Shown here in pieces: positions 1 through 9,335 of a stretch of 32,000 nucleotides of DNA. Position numbers and translations under genes: made by a program. The stretch covers positions 1,560,001 to 1,592,000 of the forward strand of contig NC_007493.2 in assembly GCF_000012905.2 (NCBI RefSeq). The letters run 5' to 3'. The DNA comes from Cereibacter sphaeroides 2.4.1 (GTDB lineage Bacteria > Pseudomonadota > Alphaproteobacteria > Rhodobacterales > Rhodobacteraceae). How positions within the stretch are numbered: position 1 is the stretch's first letter; each line of letters starts with the position of its first letter. Under the pieces are notes generated by a model that saw only the letters and a list, made by a program, of their open reading frames with translations, searched no databases and was not told the DNA's origin.

Positions 1-1264
1 AGCGCCCGCGCCCGGGCGTCGAGCATGTCCTGCGTCACCAGCACGATGCCGCCCTCCGAGCGGCGGAACCAGCGCGCATCTTCCTCCGCATCCTGCCCGA
101 TCACCAGCCCTTCCGGCACGACCACGCCGCGGTCGAGCACGCAATTCGTCAGATCCGCCTTCCGGTTCACCGTCACATGCGGCAGTGCCACCACATGGCT
201 CATCGAGGAATAGCTGTGCGTCCGGCAGCCGGTGAACAGCAGCGAGCTGCGGATCTCGCTGCCCGAAACGATGCAGTCCCCCGAAACCAGCGACGAGATG
301 GCCGTGCCGCGCCGGTTCTCGCTGTCATGGATGAACTTGGCCGGCGGCACGATCTGCGAATAGGTCCAGATCGGCCATTCGCGGTCGTAGAGATCGAGCT
401 TGGGCGTGAAGTCGGTGAGGTCGATGTTGGCCTGCCAGAAGGCATCGATCGTGCCCACGTCGCGCCAGTAGGGCTCGGTCTCGAGGCCGGTCATCACGCA
501 GCTGTCCGAGAAACGGTGCGCCATGGCCTTGCCGTTCTTCACGATGGCGGGGATCAGGTCGTGGCCGAAGTCGTGGCTCGAGTTCGGATCCTCGGCGTCG
601 CGGATCAGCAGGTCGCGCAGGAATGCCCAGTCGAAGACATAGATCCCCATCGAGGCCAGCGCATTGGCCTCGTCGCCGGGGATGCCCGGCGGGTCGGCGG
701 GCTTTTCGAGAAAGTCGGTGATACGCAGGTTCGCATCCACATGCATCACGCCGAAGGCCGTGGCCTCGGCCCGCGGCACGGTCAGGCAGCCGATGGTCAC
801 ATCCGCGCCGGTCTCGCAATGCTGGCGCAGCATGATCTCGTAATCCATCTTGTAGACGTGATCGCCCGCGAGGATGATCACATACTTGATGTCGTAGCTG
901 TCCACGATGTCGATATTCTGGGTCACCGCATCGGCCGTGCCCAGATACCAGCGGTTCTCGTCGACCCGCTGGCTTGCCGGCAGGATGTCGAGATATTCGT
1001 TCCGCTCCTCGCGGAAGAAGTTCCAGCCGCGCTGGATGTGCCGGATCAGGCTGTGGGCCTTGTACTGGGTGGCGATGGCCATCTTGCGGATGCCCGAGTT
1101 CATCGCGTTCGACAGGGCGAAGTCGATGATCCGCGCCTTGCCGCCGAAATAGACGGCGGGTTTCGCGCGCCGGTCCGTCAGCTCCTTGAGCCGGCTGCCG
1201 CGGCCGCCGGCCAGCACGAAGGCCATCGCCTGCGCGGTCAGCCTGAGTGGGGGTTGCGCCTTCA
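1..1264 (-). CDS. glgC: Glucose-1-phosphate adenylyltransferase (ADP-glucose pyrophosphorylase). The C-terminal end runs off the left edge of the window.
   Basis: My own translation of the reverse complement from ATG (1264-1262) gives [84 protein letters not shown]...[20 protein letters not shown]... It stays open to position 1. It carries the GGxGxRL nucleotidyltransferase motif and GlgC-typical blocks. A strong SD (GGGAGG) lies 5 nt upstream. It is absent from the ORF track only because no stop codon falls inside the window. Confidence 0.95.
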
Positions 1265-2031
1265 TTCCGTCCTCCCGTGTCGCGGGTTGGCCCCGCTCTT
1301 GAAGTGCCTGCTCCGGCCGGGTCGGACTCGCCTCTGCGCAAGCCCGGCCCGCCTGAAGATCACCGTAGACAGCGGCGGGAGCGTGACAAGCGCCGATTGC
1401 ATCCGACCGTGCCGGCCATCGGGCCCAGAGACGACGCGGCCGGACTTGCAGCGGTTCCCGCCGACGCGGATTTCGGCAGGGGGCGTCCGCGCTTCCCCCC
1501 GTCCCGCCCCCCGAAAGGCCGAGGCGGATCCTTCGTTCGACCGGGGGGGAAGCTCCTGTCGGCGCATTCATCAGAGGGAAGTGAAAGGGCAGGCTTGACC
1601 GTCAGGCCCGAGGTCCGCTCAGAAAAGACATCAGGTCGGGATGAAGGACGCGCCTGCCGGATCGCAAGATCCACGGGATCGGGGACAGGAGACGATGCCC
1701 TCGCCCGCTTCCAACCGCCGAGACGGGCCTTGCAGGGCGTGATCGACGCTCCGATGACACGCGACCCTTCGGCCATCGTGCTCGTCGGCGCGCTTCACGC
1801 ATCCCCGAGATGCAGCGTTGCGGAGGATCGAAGCCGTCACCGCACAAGCCGGGCGCGCGGGTCTGGCCTGCATGGAAGCGTCACGGGGTGGCGGCGGCCC
1901 GTCAGATGCGGACGCAACCCGACCGCGACAGGCGCCGGCCCCGGCTTAAGAAGCCGCCGCAGGCGCCCTGCCCCTCTCCGATGCCCGTCGTCGAGGCGTC
2001 CCGGCGACCTTCGCAGCGCGCGCGCCCCGGG

Positions 2032-4437
2032 CTAGTCCTGCAGGGCCGACTCCACCCCCCAGATCTCCTTCATGTACCCGCGGATCGTGCGGTCCGACGA
2101 GAAGAAGCCCGACCGCGCCGTGTTGAGCGCGGCCATGGTCAGCCAGCGCGCACGGTCCTTGTAGGCCGCATCCACCTCGGCCTGGGCCGCGAGATAGGCA
2201 TCGAAGTCGGAGGCGACGAGGAAATAGTCATGGTGCCAGACCCGGTGCACGAGCCCGTGGTAGCGATCGGCCTGCCCCGGGCTGAACTGGCCCTCGGCGA
2301 TGGCCTGCAGCACGTTCTGCATGATCTGGCTGGCCTCGATGGCCTTGCGCGCGTGATCGGGATCCTCGCGGCGCTTCATCACCTCCTCGGCCGTCAGGCC
2401 GAACAGGAAGAAGTTCTCGCGGCCGACCTCCTGCAGGATCTCGACATTGGCGCCGTCGAGCGTGCCGATGGTCGGCGCGCCGTTCATCATGAACTTCATG
2501 TTGCCGGTTCCCGAGGCTTCCTTGCCCGCCGTCGAGATCTGCTCGGACAGATCCGCCGCCGGCACCAGCCGCTCGGCCATCGAGACATTGTAGTTGGCGG
2601 GATAGATCACCTTCAGCAGATCGCCCACCAGCGGATCCGCATTGATGACCGCGGCCACATCGTTGATGAGATGGATGATCTCCTTGGCCACGGCATAGCC
2701 CGGCGCGGACTTGCCGCCGAAGATCTTCACCCGCGGCACCCAGCCCGCATCGGGATTGGCCCGGATCGCCTGCCAGCGCGCGACCGTCTCGAGGATGTTC
2801 AGAAGCTGGCGCTTGTATTCGTGGATCCGCTTGACCTGCACGTCGAAGAGCGCATCGGGGCTCACCTTCACCCCGCACTCCGCCCCGAGCCAGTTCGACA
2901 GCGTCACCTTGTTCTGCCGCTTGGCCGCATCGAAGGCGCCGAGGAAACCCTGGTCCTTCACATGCGGCTCGAGCCCCTTCAGCCGGTCGAGATCGTCCTC
3001 CCAGCCCTCGCCGATCGTCTCGCCGATCAGCCGGGCAAGCGGCGCGTTCGCCATCTTCAGCCAGCGCCGCGGCGTGACGCCGTTGGTCTGGTTCACGATC
3101 TTCTCGGGATGCAACCGGTCCAGTTCGGGGAAGAGGTTGGCCTTCACGAGATCGGTATGGAGCGCCGAGACGCCGTTCACCTTGTGCGACATGATGAAGG
3201 CCAGCTCGCCCATCCGCACCTCGTGGTGCTTGACGATGCCCACATAATGCGGCCGCGCCGGGAAGGTCCGGCGGTGCCATCCGTCGATCCGCTCGACGAT
3301 CTGCATGTGGCGCGGCAGCACGTTCCCGAAGGTGAAGGTGGCCCACCGTTCCAGCGCCTCGGGCAGGAGGGTGTGGTTGGTGTAGCCGAGGCACTCCTGC
3401 GCGACGGGCAGCGCCTCGTCGAAGGACAGCCCATGCTCATCGACGAGGAGCCGGATGAGTTCCGGGCCCGCGATGGCCGGATGCGTGTCGTTCATCTGGA
3501 TCGCGACATGCCGCGACAGCGCCCGCAGGTCGCCGTGCCCGCTCTTGAAGCGGCGCAGGATGTCCTGCAGCGCGGCCGACGTCAGGAAGAATTCCTGCTT
3601 CAGCCGCAGTTCCTTGCCCTGATAGGTCGTGTCGTCGGGATAGAGCACGCGCGAGAGCGTGCGCGCGAGCGTCTCGGGCTCGGCCGCGGCCGTGTAATCG
3701 CCGCGGTTGAAGCGTTCCAGATCGAAGAGCGTCGTGGGCTCGGCGCCCCAGAGCCGCAGCGTGTTGGCCCAGCGGCCCTGCCAGCCCACCACGGGCGTGT
3801 CGTGCGCAGAGGCCTTCACGGTCTCCGCCGGCACCCAGACCTCGCGGCCGTCGCGTGTCTCGACATGGCCCTTGAAGCCCACGATGTAGGTGGCCTCGGG
3901 CCGGTCGAACTCCCACGGGTTGCGCTGGCTCAGCCAGTCCTCGGGCGTCTCGACCTGCTGGCCGCCCTCGAACCGCTGCCGGAAGAGACCGTGCTCGTAG
4001 CGGATGCCGTAGCCGTAGGCCGGGCAGCCGAGCGTGGCCATCGATTCCATGAAGCAGGCGGCCAGCCGCCCGAGACCGCCATTGCCGAGCGCCGCGTCGG
4101 GCTCGTCGCCGACGATCGCCTTGAAGTCCTGACCGAGCTCGGCCATCGTCCGCTCGGCCATCTCGTGCAGGCCGAGGTTGATCGTGGCATCCTCGAGGAT
4201 GCGGCCGATCAGGAATTCCATCGACAGATAGTAGACGCGCTTGCGATCCTCTTCCCAGGTGCGGCGGGTCGAGGCGAACCAGGGCTCCATGATCCGGTCG
4301 CGGATCGCGTAGGACAGCGCCATCCGCCAGTCATAGAGGCTCGCGTGCGGAGCATCCTTGCCCAGCGTGAAGGTGAGGTGGCGCATCACGTCGGTCTTGA
4401 GGACGTTCGGGGTCAGGCTCTGATCGTTCACGGGCAT
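2032..4437 (-). CDS. glgP: Glycogen/maltodextrin phosphorylase
   Basis: The 805-aa track ORF contains GT35 phosphorylase blocks, including EASGTGNMKFMMNGA with the PLP-binding lysine context and LGNGGLGRLAAC. I prefer the ATG at 4437 (MPVNDQ...) to the TTG at 4449. The start is uncertain by 12 nt. Confidence 0.93.
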   Translation of the reverse strand: MPVNDQSLTPNVLKTDVMRHLTFTLGKDAPHASLYDWRMALSYAIRDRIMEPWFASTRRTWEEDRKRVYYLSMEFLIGRILEDATINLGLHEMAERTMAELGQDFKAIVGDEPDAALGNGGLGRLAACFMESMATLGCPAYGYGIRYEHGLFRQRFEGGQQVETPEDWLSQRNPWEFDRPEATYIVGFKGHVETRDGREVWVPAETVKASAHDTPVVGWQGRWANTLRLWGAEPTTLFDLERFNRGDYTAAAEPETLARTLSRVLYPDDTTYQGKELRLKQEFFLTSAALQDILRRFKSGHGDLRALSRHVAIQMNDTHPAIAGPELIRLLVDEHGLSFDEALPVAQECLGYTNHTLLPEALERWATFTFGNVLPRHMQIVERIDGWHRRTFPARPHYVGIVKHHEVRMGELAFIMSHKVNGVSALHTDLVKANLFPELDRLHPEKIVNQTNGVTPRRWLKMANAPLARLIGETIGEGWEDDLDRLKGLEPHVKDQGFLGAFDAAKRQNKVTLSNWLGAECGVKVSPDALFDVQVKRIHEYKRQLLNILETVARWQAIRANPDAGWVPRVKIFGGKSAPGYAVAKEIIHLINDVAAVINADPLVGDLLKVIYPANYNVSMAERLVPAADLSEQISTAGKEASGTGNMKFMMNGAPTIGTLDGANVEILQEVGRENFFLFGLTAEEVMKRREDPDHARKAIEASQIMQNVLQAIAEGQFSPGQADRYHGLVHRVWHHDYFLVASDFDAYLAAQAEVDAAYKDRARWLTMAALNTARSGFFSSDRTIRGYMKEIWGVESALQD

Positions 4438-4486
4438 GGTCCGTAGCAAAAGCTGTCCGAGGTGCCGGACGGCAGGGGTTCGACGA

Positions 4487-4515
4487 GGTTTGCCGTGCCC
4501 TTACGCTAGGGTCAA
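4487..4515 (-). promoter_or_regulatory. Candidate glgP promoter, TTGACC-N17-CAAACC on the minus strand
   Basis: The minus strand reads CTTGACC ctagcgtaagggcacgg CAAACC about 45 nt upstream of the glgP ATG. The same architecture occurs upstream of prfA (26657-26685). Confidence 0.4.
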
Positions 4516-4950
4516 GCGCAGGGGCCCGGCATCGGCAGGAGGCCACGCAAGCGATCCGCGCCTTTAGGCGGGGCTCACGGCTCCCGGCACATCGAGATGC
4601 GCGCCCGGGGTCTGGGTCGCCCGGCACGCTGTACAGGTCTTCGCAAGGTGGCGCTTGATCGTCCGATGGGCAAGTGCTCACATCAACTGCTACATTCGGA
4701 TAGGGTTTCCCATCTTATCGCGCGGAGATCGCGCGAAGGTTGCAAACGGGTAACAGTTGCCGGCGCAGGAATGGGCAGATCCGGCGGCGCGGCCCGGAAA
4801 TGGGGCGCGGGCACAAGGGGCTGCGACAAATTGCTTGTGCCGGATACGACTTTTCCTCTCCCCTCCAAGGCCGCCGTCCGGGATCATGTCTGCGCCGAAA
4901 CCCTGTGACTGGCGGGGATTCGCGACAGCAAAGGCGAAAGGCAGCAGGCC

Positions 4951-5385
4951 ATGCGACTGACCACCCGCACCAATCTCGCGATGAGGACGCTCATGTTCTG
5001 CGCGATCAACGAGGGCCGCGTGGTGCGCAAGGCCGAGGTGGCGGCCGCCTGCAACGCCTCGGAGAACCATCTGGCTCAGGTCATCCACGGGCTCGCGCAG
5101 AAGGGATTCCTGCGCACCGTGCGCGGGCGCTGCGGCGGCCTGGCCCTCGGTCGGCCGGCCGAGAAGATCGTGGTGGGCGACGTCTTCCGCACCTTCGAAT
5201 CGAACCTCCCCTTCACCGAGTGCTTCTCGAAGAAGGAGAACAAGTGCCCGCTGACGCCCTCCTGCCGGCTGAAATGCGCGCTGAACGACGCGCTCGCGGC
5301 CTTCTACGGCACGCTCGACAAGCTCTCGCTGCGCGACATGGTGCAGGAAAATACGGAACTCGAAGACCTGCTGAAGGTCGCCTGA
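4951..5385 (+). CDS. Rrf2-family transcriptional regulator, possibly an Fe-S/NO-sensing NsrR/IscR-like type
   Basis: 144 aa. The N-terminal winged-helix signature is MRLTTRTNLAMRTLMF...HLAQVIHGLAQKGFLRTVRGRCGGLAL. A C-x7-C-x5-C cysteine triad (ECFSKKENKCPLTPSC) sits where Rrf2 cluster ligands lie. Confidence 0.9.
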   Translation: MRLTTRTNLAMRTLMFCAINEGRVVRKAEVAAACNASENHLAQVIHGLAQKGFLRTVRGRCGGLALGRPAEKIVVGDVFRTFESNLPFTECFSKKENKCPLTPSCRLKCALNDALAAFYGTLDKLSLRDMVQENTELEDLLKVA

Positions 5386-5390
5386 CGGGC

Positions 5391-5412
5391 GAGAGGCCGC
5401 GCAGCCGCCTCT
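5391..5412. terminator. Hairpin between the convergent rrf2 and cueR genes, a possible bidirectional terminator
   Basis: GAGAGGC (5391-5397) pairs with GCCTCT (5407-5412) in the 25-bp gap between the two stop codons. There is no U-tract. Confidence 0.35.
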
Positions 5413-5824
5413 AGCCCTGATCCGCAGCGCAGCAGACGGGGCCCGCCGAGAGCCCCTCGAGGATCGGGCAATCCGGCCGGTCGTCGCCGCTGCAGGCGGA
5501 CACGAGATGCGAGAGCGTCGTCTGCATTGCCTGCAGTTCCGCGATCTTCCCCTCGATCTGGTCGAGATGACGCTCGGCCAGCCGCTTCACGTCGGCACTG
5601 GCCCGGCTGCGGTCTTCCCACAGCGCGAGCAGCGTGCGGCATTCCTCGATCGAGAAGCCGAGCGAGCGTGCGCGCCCGAGAAAGGCCAGCTTGTGCAGAT
5701 CGTCCTCGCGGAACCGGCGATAGCCGTTCGCATCGCGCATCGGCCGAACGAGGCCGATCTCCTCGTAATAGCGGATCGTCTTGGCCGGCAGCCCCGACCG
5801 CTCTCCCGCTTCCTTGATGTTCAT
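5411..5824 (-). CDS. cueR: Cu(I)-responsive MerR-family transcriptional regulator (CueR/HmrR)
   Basis: 137 aa. The MerR HTH is MNIKEAGERSGLPAKTIRYYEEIGL. The CueR metal loop is CSGDDRPDCPILEGLS (C-x7-C) with a C-terminal CC pair as in E. coli CueR. The SD GGAGG lies 7 nt upstream. Confidence 0.9.
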   Translation of the reverse strand: MNIKEAGERSGLPAKTIRYYEEIGLVRPMRDANGYRRFREDDLHKLAFLGRARSLGFSIEECRTLLALWEDRSRASADVKRLAERHLDQIEGKIAELQAMQTTLSHLVSACSGDDRPDCPILEGLSAGPVCCAADQG

Positions 5825-5982
5825 GCGGGGTTCCTCCGTTCCCTCTTCCGGCCGAGGACCGGCACCGCCGCCTCCTGCCCTCTCCCTCTGTGTCCTGCGG
5901 GCCTCTGCCCGCCCTCTGGGTCCCGCGCGGCGGCTGACCGCAGCGCAGCCCGGTCATCCGTGCGCGACGGCCACGCGCTGCG

Positions 5983-8424
5983 TCACGCCAGAGCCTCCGC
6001 CGCGGGCGCGCGACGCAGGCGCAGCGCGTTCGTCAGCACGAAGACCGACGAGAAGGCCATCGCGCCCGCCGCGAGCATCGGCGAGAGCTGCGGCCCGCCG
6101 AACGGCACCAGCACCCCGGCGGCCACCGGGATCAGCGCCACATTGTAGCCGAAGGCCCAGGCGAGGTTCTGGCGGATGTTGCGCATGGTCCGGCGGCTGA
6201 GTGCCACCGCCGTGGCCACGCCCACCGGATCTCCCGACATGAGCACGACATCCGCGGCCTCGATGGCCACATCGGTGCCCGTGCCGATGGCGATGCCCAC
6301 CTCGGCTGCGGCGAGCGCCGGCGCATCGTTGATCCCGTCGCCCACGAAGGCCGCCCGGCCCATGGCCGTCACCTCCTCGACCTTTCCGCCGGGCAGGACA
6401 CCCGCGTGGATGTCCGAGATCCCGAGCTCCCGTCCGATGGCGCGCGCGACGCCCGGGGCATCTCCCGTGACCATCGCGGCGGGCAGGCCCAGCCGCCCGA
6501 GCGCCTCGACCGCCGCCCGCGCCGTGGGCTTCACCCGGTCGGCCACGGCGATCAGCCCGGCGATCCGGTCGTCCAGAGCGAGCCAGACCGGCGTGCGCCC
6601 TTCGGCCTCGAGCCGCGCCGCCTCGGGCCCGAGCGGGCCCGGATCCAGCCCCTCCATCATCCGGAGGCTGCCCACCCGCACGCGCCGGCCCGCGACGCGC
6701 GCCTCGGCACCGTGGCCGGGCCGGGAGGAGAAGCCCTCAGCCTCGAGCGGCGGAAGGTCCTCGGCCGCGCGCCGGATCGCGCCCGCCAGCGGATGTTCCG
6801 ACCGGGCCTCGACGGCCGCGGCCAGCGCCAGAAGCTCCTCGCGGCCCAACCCCTCGCCGGGCAGGACGTCCGTCACCTGCGGCCGGCCTTCGGTGAGCGT
6901 GCCGGTCTTGTCGAACCCCACCCGCTCGATTTCGGACAGCCGCTGCAACGCCTCGCCCTTGCGGAAGAGCACGCCCAGCTCGGCGGCCCGGCCGGTGCCG
7001 ACCATGATCGAGACCGGCGTCGCCAGCCCCATCGCGCAGGGGCAGGCGATGATGAGGACCGACACGCCCGCCACCAGCGCCTCGCCAAGGCCCGGCCCGA
7101 ACAGGAGCCAGACGAGCACCGTGAGCGCCGCCACGCCCATCACCACCGGCACGAAGCGCAGCGTGATCCGGTCGACCAGCGCCTGCACCGGCAGCTTGGC
7201 GCCCTGCGCCTCTCCGACCATGGCCACGATCCGCGCGAGCACCGTGTCGGCGCCGACCCGCGTCGCCCGCATGGTGAGCGCGCCGGTGCCGTTCACCGTG
7301 CCTCCGGTGACATCGGCCCCCTCGGCCTTGGCGACCGGCAGCGCCTCGCCGGTCAACATGCTCTCGTCGACCGCGCTCTCGCCTGCCACCACCACCCCGT
7401 CGAGGGGAATGCGCTCGCCCGGACGGATGAGGAGGATCGCGCCGGGCCCGATGCTCTCGATCGGCACCTCGGTCTCCGTGCCGTCGCGGCTCACCCGCGC
7501 CGTCTTCGGCTGGAGGCGCAGGAGCCCCGCGATGGCCGCGCCCGCCTGCCCCCGCGCGCGCGCCTCCATCAGCCGGCCGAGCAGGATCAGCACGACGATC
7601 ACCGCCGCGGCCTCGAAATAGACCGAGCGGGCGGCTGCGGGCAGGAGGCCCGGCGCGAAGGTCGCGACCGTCGAGTAAGCCCAGGCCGCGAAAGTGCCGA
7701 CGGCCACGAGGCTGTTCATGTCGGGCGCCCCGCGCAGGAGCGCCGGCACGCCCTTGGCATAGAAGCGTCGCCCGGGCCCCGCCAGCACGAGGCTCGTGAG
7801 CAGGAACTGCGCGATCCACGAGGTCTGCGTGCCGATGGTGCCCGCGATCCAGTGGTGGAAGGCGGGCACGAGATGGCCGCCCATCTCGACGAGGAACACC
7901 GGGATCGTCAGCAGCGCCGCGAGCCAGGCATCGCGGCGGAGCATCGCCATCTCCTCGGCGCGGCGATCCGGGGCATCGGCCGTGAGGGGCGAGGCCGCAA
8001 ACCCGGCCTTGGTGACGGCCTGCGCGAGGGCGGCGGCCGTGGCCGCGCCCTCCCAGAGCGTCACCTGCGCGCGGCGGCTCGCGAGGTTCGCCGTGGCTTC
8101 GATCACCCCCGGCTGCGCCTTCAGCACCCGCTCGACCCGGCCGGTGCAGGAGGCGCAGCTCATCCCCTCGACCGAGAGGGTGAGCCGCTCCTGCCGGGCC
8201 GGGTAGCCCGCGCGCGCAAGCGCCTCGGCCAGAGCCTCCGGCGTGGCCGGATCGGAATAGCGGATGTCCGCGCTCTCGTCCGCGAGGCTCACCCGCGCCT
8301 CGGCCACGCCCGGCACCGCGGCAAGCACGCGCTCGGTGCGCGCCACGCAGGAGGCGCAGCTCATTCCGTCCGGGTGCAGGCGCAGGCTGCGCAGGCCCGT
8401 GCGGATCGGTTGTTGGTCGGTCAT
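5983..8424 (-). CDS. copA: Copper-translocating P1B-type ATPase with two N-terminal HMA domains
   Basis: The real start is MTDQQPIRT at 8424, with SD AAGGAGA upstream. The track ORF extends spuriously to 8940. There are two MSCASC (MxCxxC) HMA motifs. The CPC motif ([13 protein letters not shown]), DKTGTLT phosphorylation site and GDGINDAP hinge are all present. Confidence 0.94.
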   Translation of the reverse strand: MTDQQPIRTGLRSLRLHPDGMSCASCVARTERVLAAVPGVAEARVSLADESADIRYSDPATPEALAEALARAGYPARQERLTLSVEGMSCASCTGRVERVLKAQPGVIEATANLASRRAQVTLWEGAATAAALAQAVTKAGFAASPLTADAPDRRAEEMAMLRRDAWLAALLTIPVFLVEMGGHLVPAFHHWIAGTIGTQTSWIAQFLLTSLVLAGPGRRFYAKGVPALLRGAPDMNSLVAVGTFAAWAYSTVATFAPGLLPAAARSVYFEAAAVIVVLILLGRLMEARARGQAGAAIAGLLRLQPKTARVSRDGTETEVPIESIGPGAILLIRPGERIPLDGVVVAGESAVDESMLTGEALPVAKAEGADVTGGTVNGTGALTMRATRVGADTVLARIVAMVGEAQGAKLPVQALVDRITLRFVPVVMGVAALTVLVWLLFGPGLGEALVAGVSVLIIACPCAMGLATPVSIMVGTGRAAELGVLFRKGEALQRLSEIERVGFDKTGTLTEGRPQVTDVLPGEGLGREELLALAAAVEARSEHPLAGAIRRAAEDLPPLEAEGFSSRPGHGAEARVAGRRVRVGSLRMMEGLDPGPLGPEAARLEAEGRTPVWLALDDRIAGLIAVADRVKPTARAAVEALGRLGLPAAMVTGDAPGVARAIGRELGISDIHAGVLPGGKVEEVTAMGRAAFVGDGINDAPALAAAEVGIAIGTGTDVAIEAADVVLMSGDPVGVATAVALSRRTMRNIRQNLAWAFGYNVALIPVAAGVLVPFGGPQLSPMLAAGAMAFSSVFVLTNALRLRRAPAAEALA

Positions 8425-8453
8425 GGCAGTCTCCTTGGCCTCCCAAGATGGGG

Positions 8454-8475
8454 CTTCCCACAACTGGAAGGTCAA
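8454..8475 (-). promoter_or_regulatory. CueR-type operator within the copA promoter
   Basis: The minus strand reads CTTGACC TTCCAGTTGTGGGAAG. That is a -35 TTGACC followed by a perfect dyad CTTCC-N7-GGAAG (8454-8470) inside a 19-bp spacer before CATCTT. This is the MerR-family long-spacer geometry, and the dyad resembles the E. coli copA CueR box. Confidence 0.7.
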
Positions 8476-8524
8476 GGGCCATCCGGGCTGTGCCGGAATT
8501 TTCCTGTCGCGGGGTCCGGGGCGC

Positions 8525-8555
8525 TTGACCTTGCCCCGGTGGAACGCCTTCTTCT
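8525..8555 (+). promoter_or_regulatory. Second, degenerate MerR-type promoter driving the copZ-like gene
   Basis: CTTGACC TTGCCCCGGTGGAACGCCT TCTTCT shares the CTTGACCTT prefix with the copA promoter and has a 19-bp spacer. The dyad is imperfect (CTTGC...GGAAC). Confidence 0.5.
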
Positions 8556-8574
8556 GCGGGGAAAGGAGACGAAC

Positions 8575-8775
8575 ATGACCAAGCTGTCCATCCCCGACAT
8601 GTCCTGCGGCCATTGCCGCGCCTCGATCGAGGGCGCGCTCGCGCCGCTTCCGGGCTTCGAGGGCATCCGCTTCGACCCCGAGGCCCGCACCGCCGACGTC
8701 GAGGGCTCCGTCCCCGAACGGACGCTGCTCTCCGCCTTGGACTCCATCGGTTTCCCGGCAGAGGTCGTGCGCTGA
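8575..8775 (+). CDS. copZ: Heavy-metal-associated (HMA) domain copper chaperone, CopZ-like
   Basis: 66 aa, [22 protein letters not shown]..., with an MxCxxC motif. The SD AAAGGAGA lies 5 nt upstream. It is the only genuine part of the 789-aa track ORF 6406..8775. Confidence 0.85.
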   Translation: MTKLSIPDMSCGHCRASIEGALAPLPGFEGIRFDPEARTADVEGSVPERTLLSALDSIGFPAEVVR

Positions 8776-8796
8776 CCGCGGCGACGGGGGACATCG

Positions 8797-8819
8797 GAGA
8801 GGCCATGCCGCGGCCTCTC
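8797..8819 (+). terminator. Hairpin downstream of copZ
   Basis: GAGAGGCC (8797-8804) pairs with GGCCTCTC (8812-8819) across a 7-nt loop, 22 nt after the stop. The downstream T content is weak. Confidence 0.4.
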
Positions 8820-9335
8820 TGCCCCCGTTCATCCGTAAGACGCAGAGCCTCACCGCAATAGCGACGCACCATCCGGTGCAGCGAAGAATGCTCTCGGAGG
8901 CGCCGCCGTCCCGGGAGCCGGTCCTCCGGCAAGGGCCCATGCGCCAGCCGTCCTGTCAGTCCGGAGCGGGACAGGAAATGCCTCACAATTCCGCCATTCC
9001 GTATGCGGTCGACCACTTCACGATGCCGTGCGCGTAGATCCCCTATCCGGTGTTGTTCAGCCCGTCCGACTCGCCCTGCGCGTGTCAGAACATCACCGCT
9101 TGTTTCAGGATTTTGCCTTTTGCGACAGAACTGTGGCAGGACGTGGCAAAAGCGGCGCATCTTTGCTCAACTACAGTATTCGCTCGCATACAATGACCTT
9201 GTCCGACTCGAGGCGCAGGCATAGATGAGAGTGAATGTGTCATGTTGACGCCATCGGCCCCCGGGAGGGCGATGAACCGCCGGCCGGGGCACAGCGTTGT
9301 AACCCAGTAACCTGAACGACAATCGGAGCAGACCA

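Noticed and set aside
1810-4446. 878-aa + strand ORF
   Set aside because: It is exactly antisense to glgP. The composition is Arg/Gly/His/Leu-rich with no recognisable domains. This is the typical mirror ORF of a high-GC gene.
6406-8574. Upstream 720 codons of the 789-aa + strand ORF ending at 8775
   Set aside because: This part is antisense to copA and is Arg/Pro/Gly-rich. Only the last 66 codons (8575-8775) form a real gene, with their own SD and an HMA MxCxxC motif.
8425-8940. N-terminal extension of the copA ORF (985 aa in the track)
   Set aside because: The extension crosses the divergent promoter and the copZ gene in antisense. The start MTDQQ at 8424 has a strong SD and gives a canonical P1B-ATPase length.
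8977-9036. 19-codon ORF MPHNSAIPYAVDHFTMPCA in the copZ-ndk gap
   Set aside because: The purine stretch is directly adjacent to the ATG with no proper spacing. There is no GC3 bias and no terminator, so it is much weaker than the 43-codon ORF at 9336.
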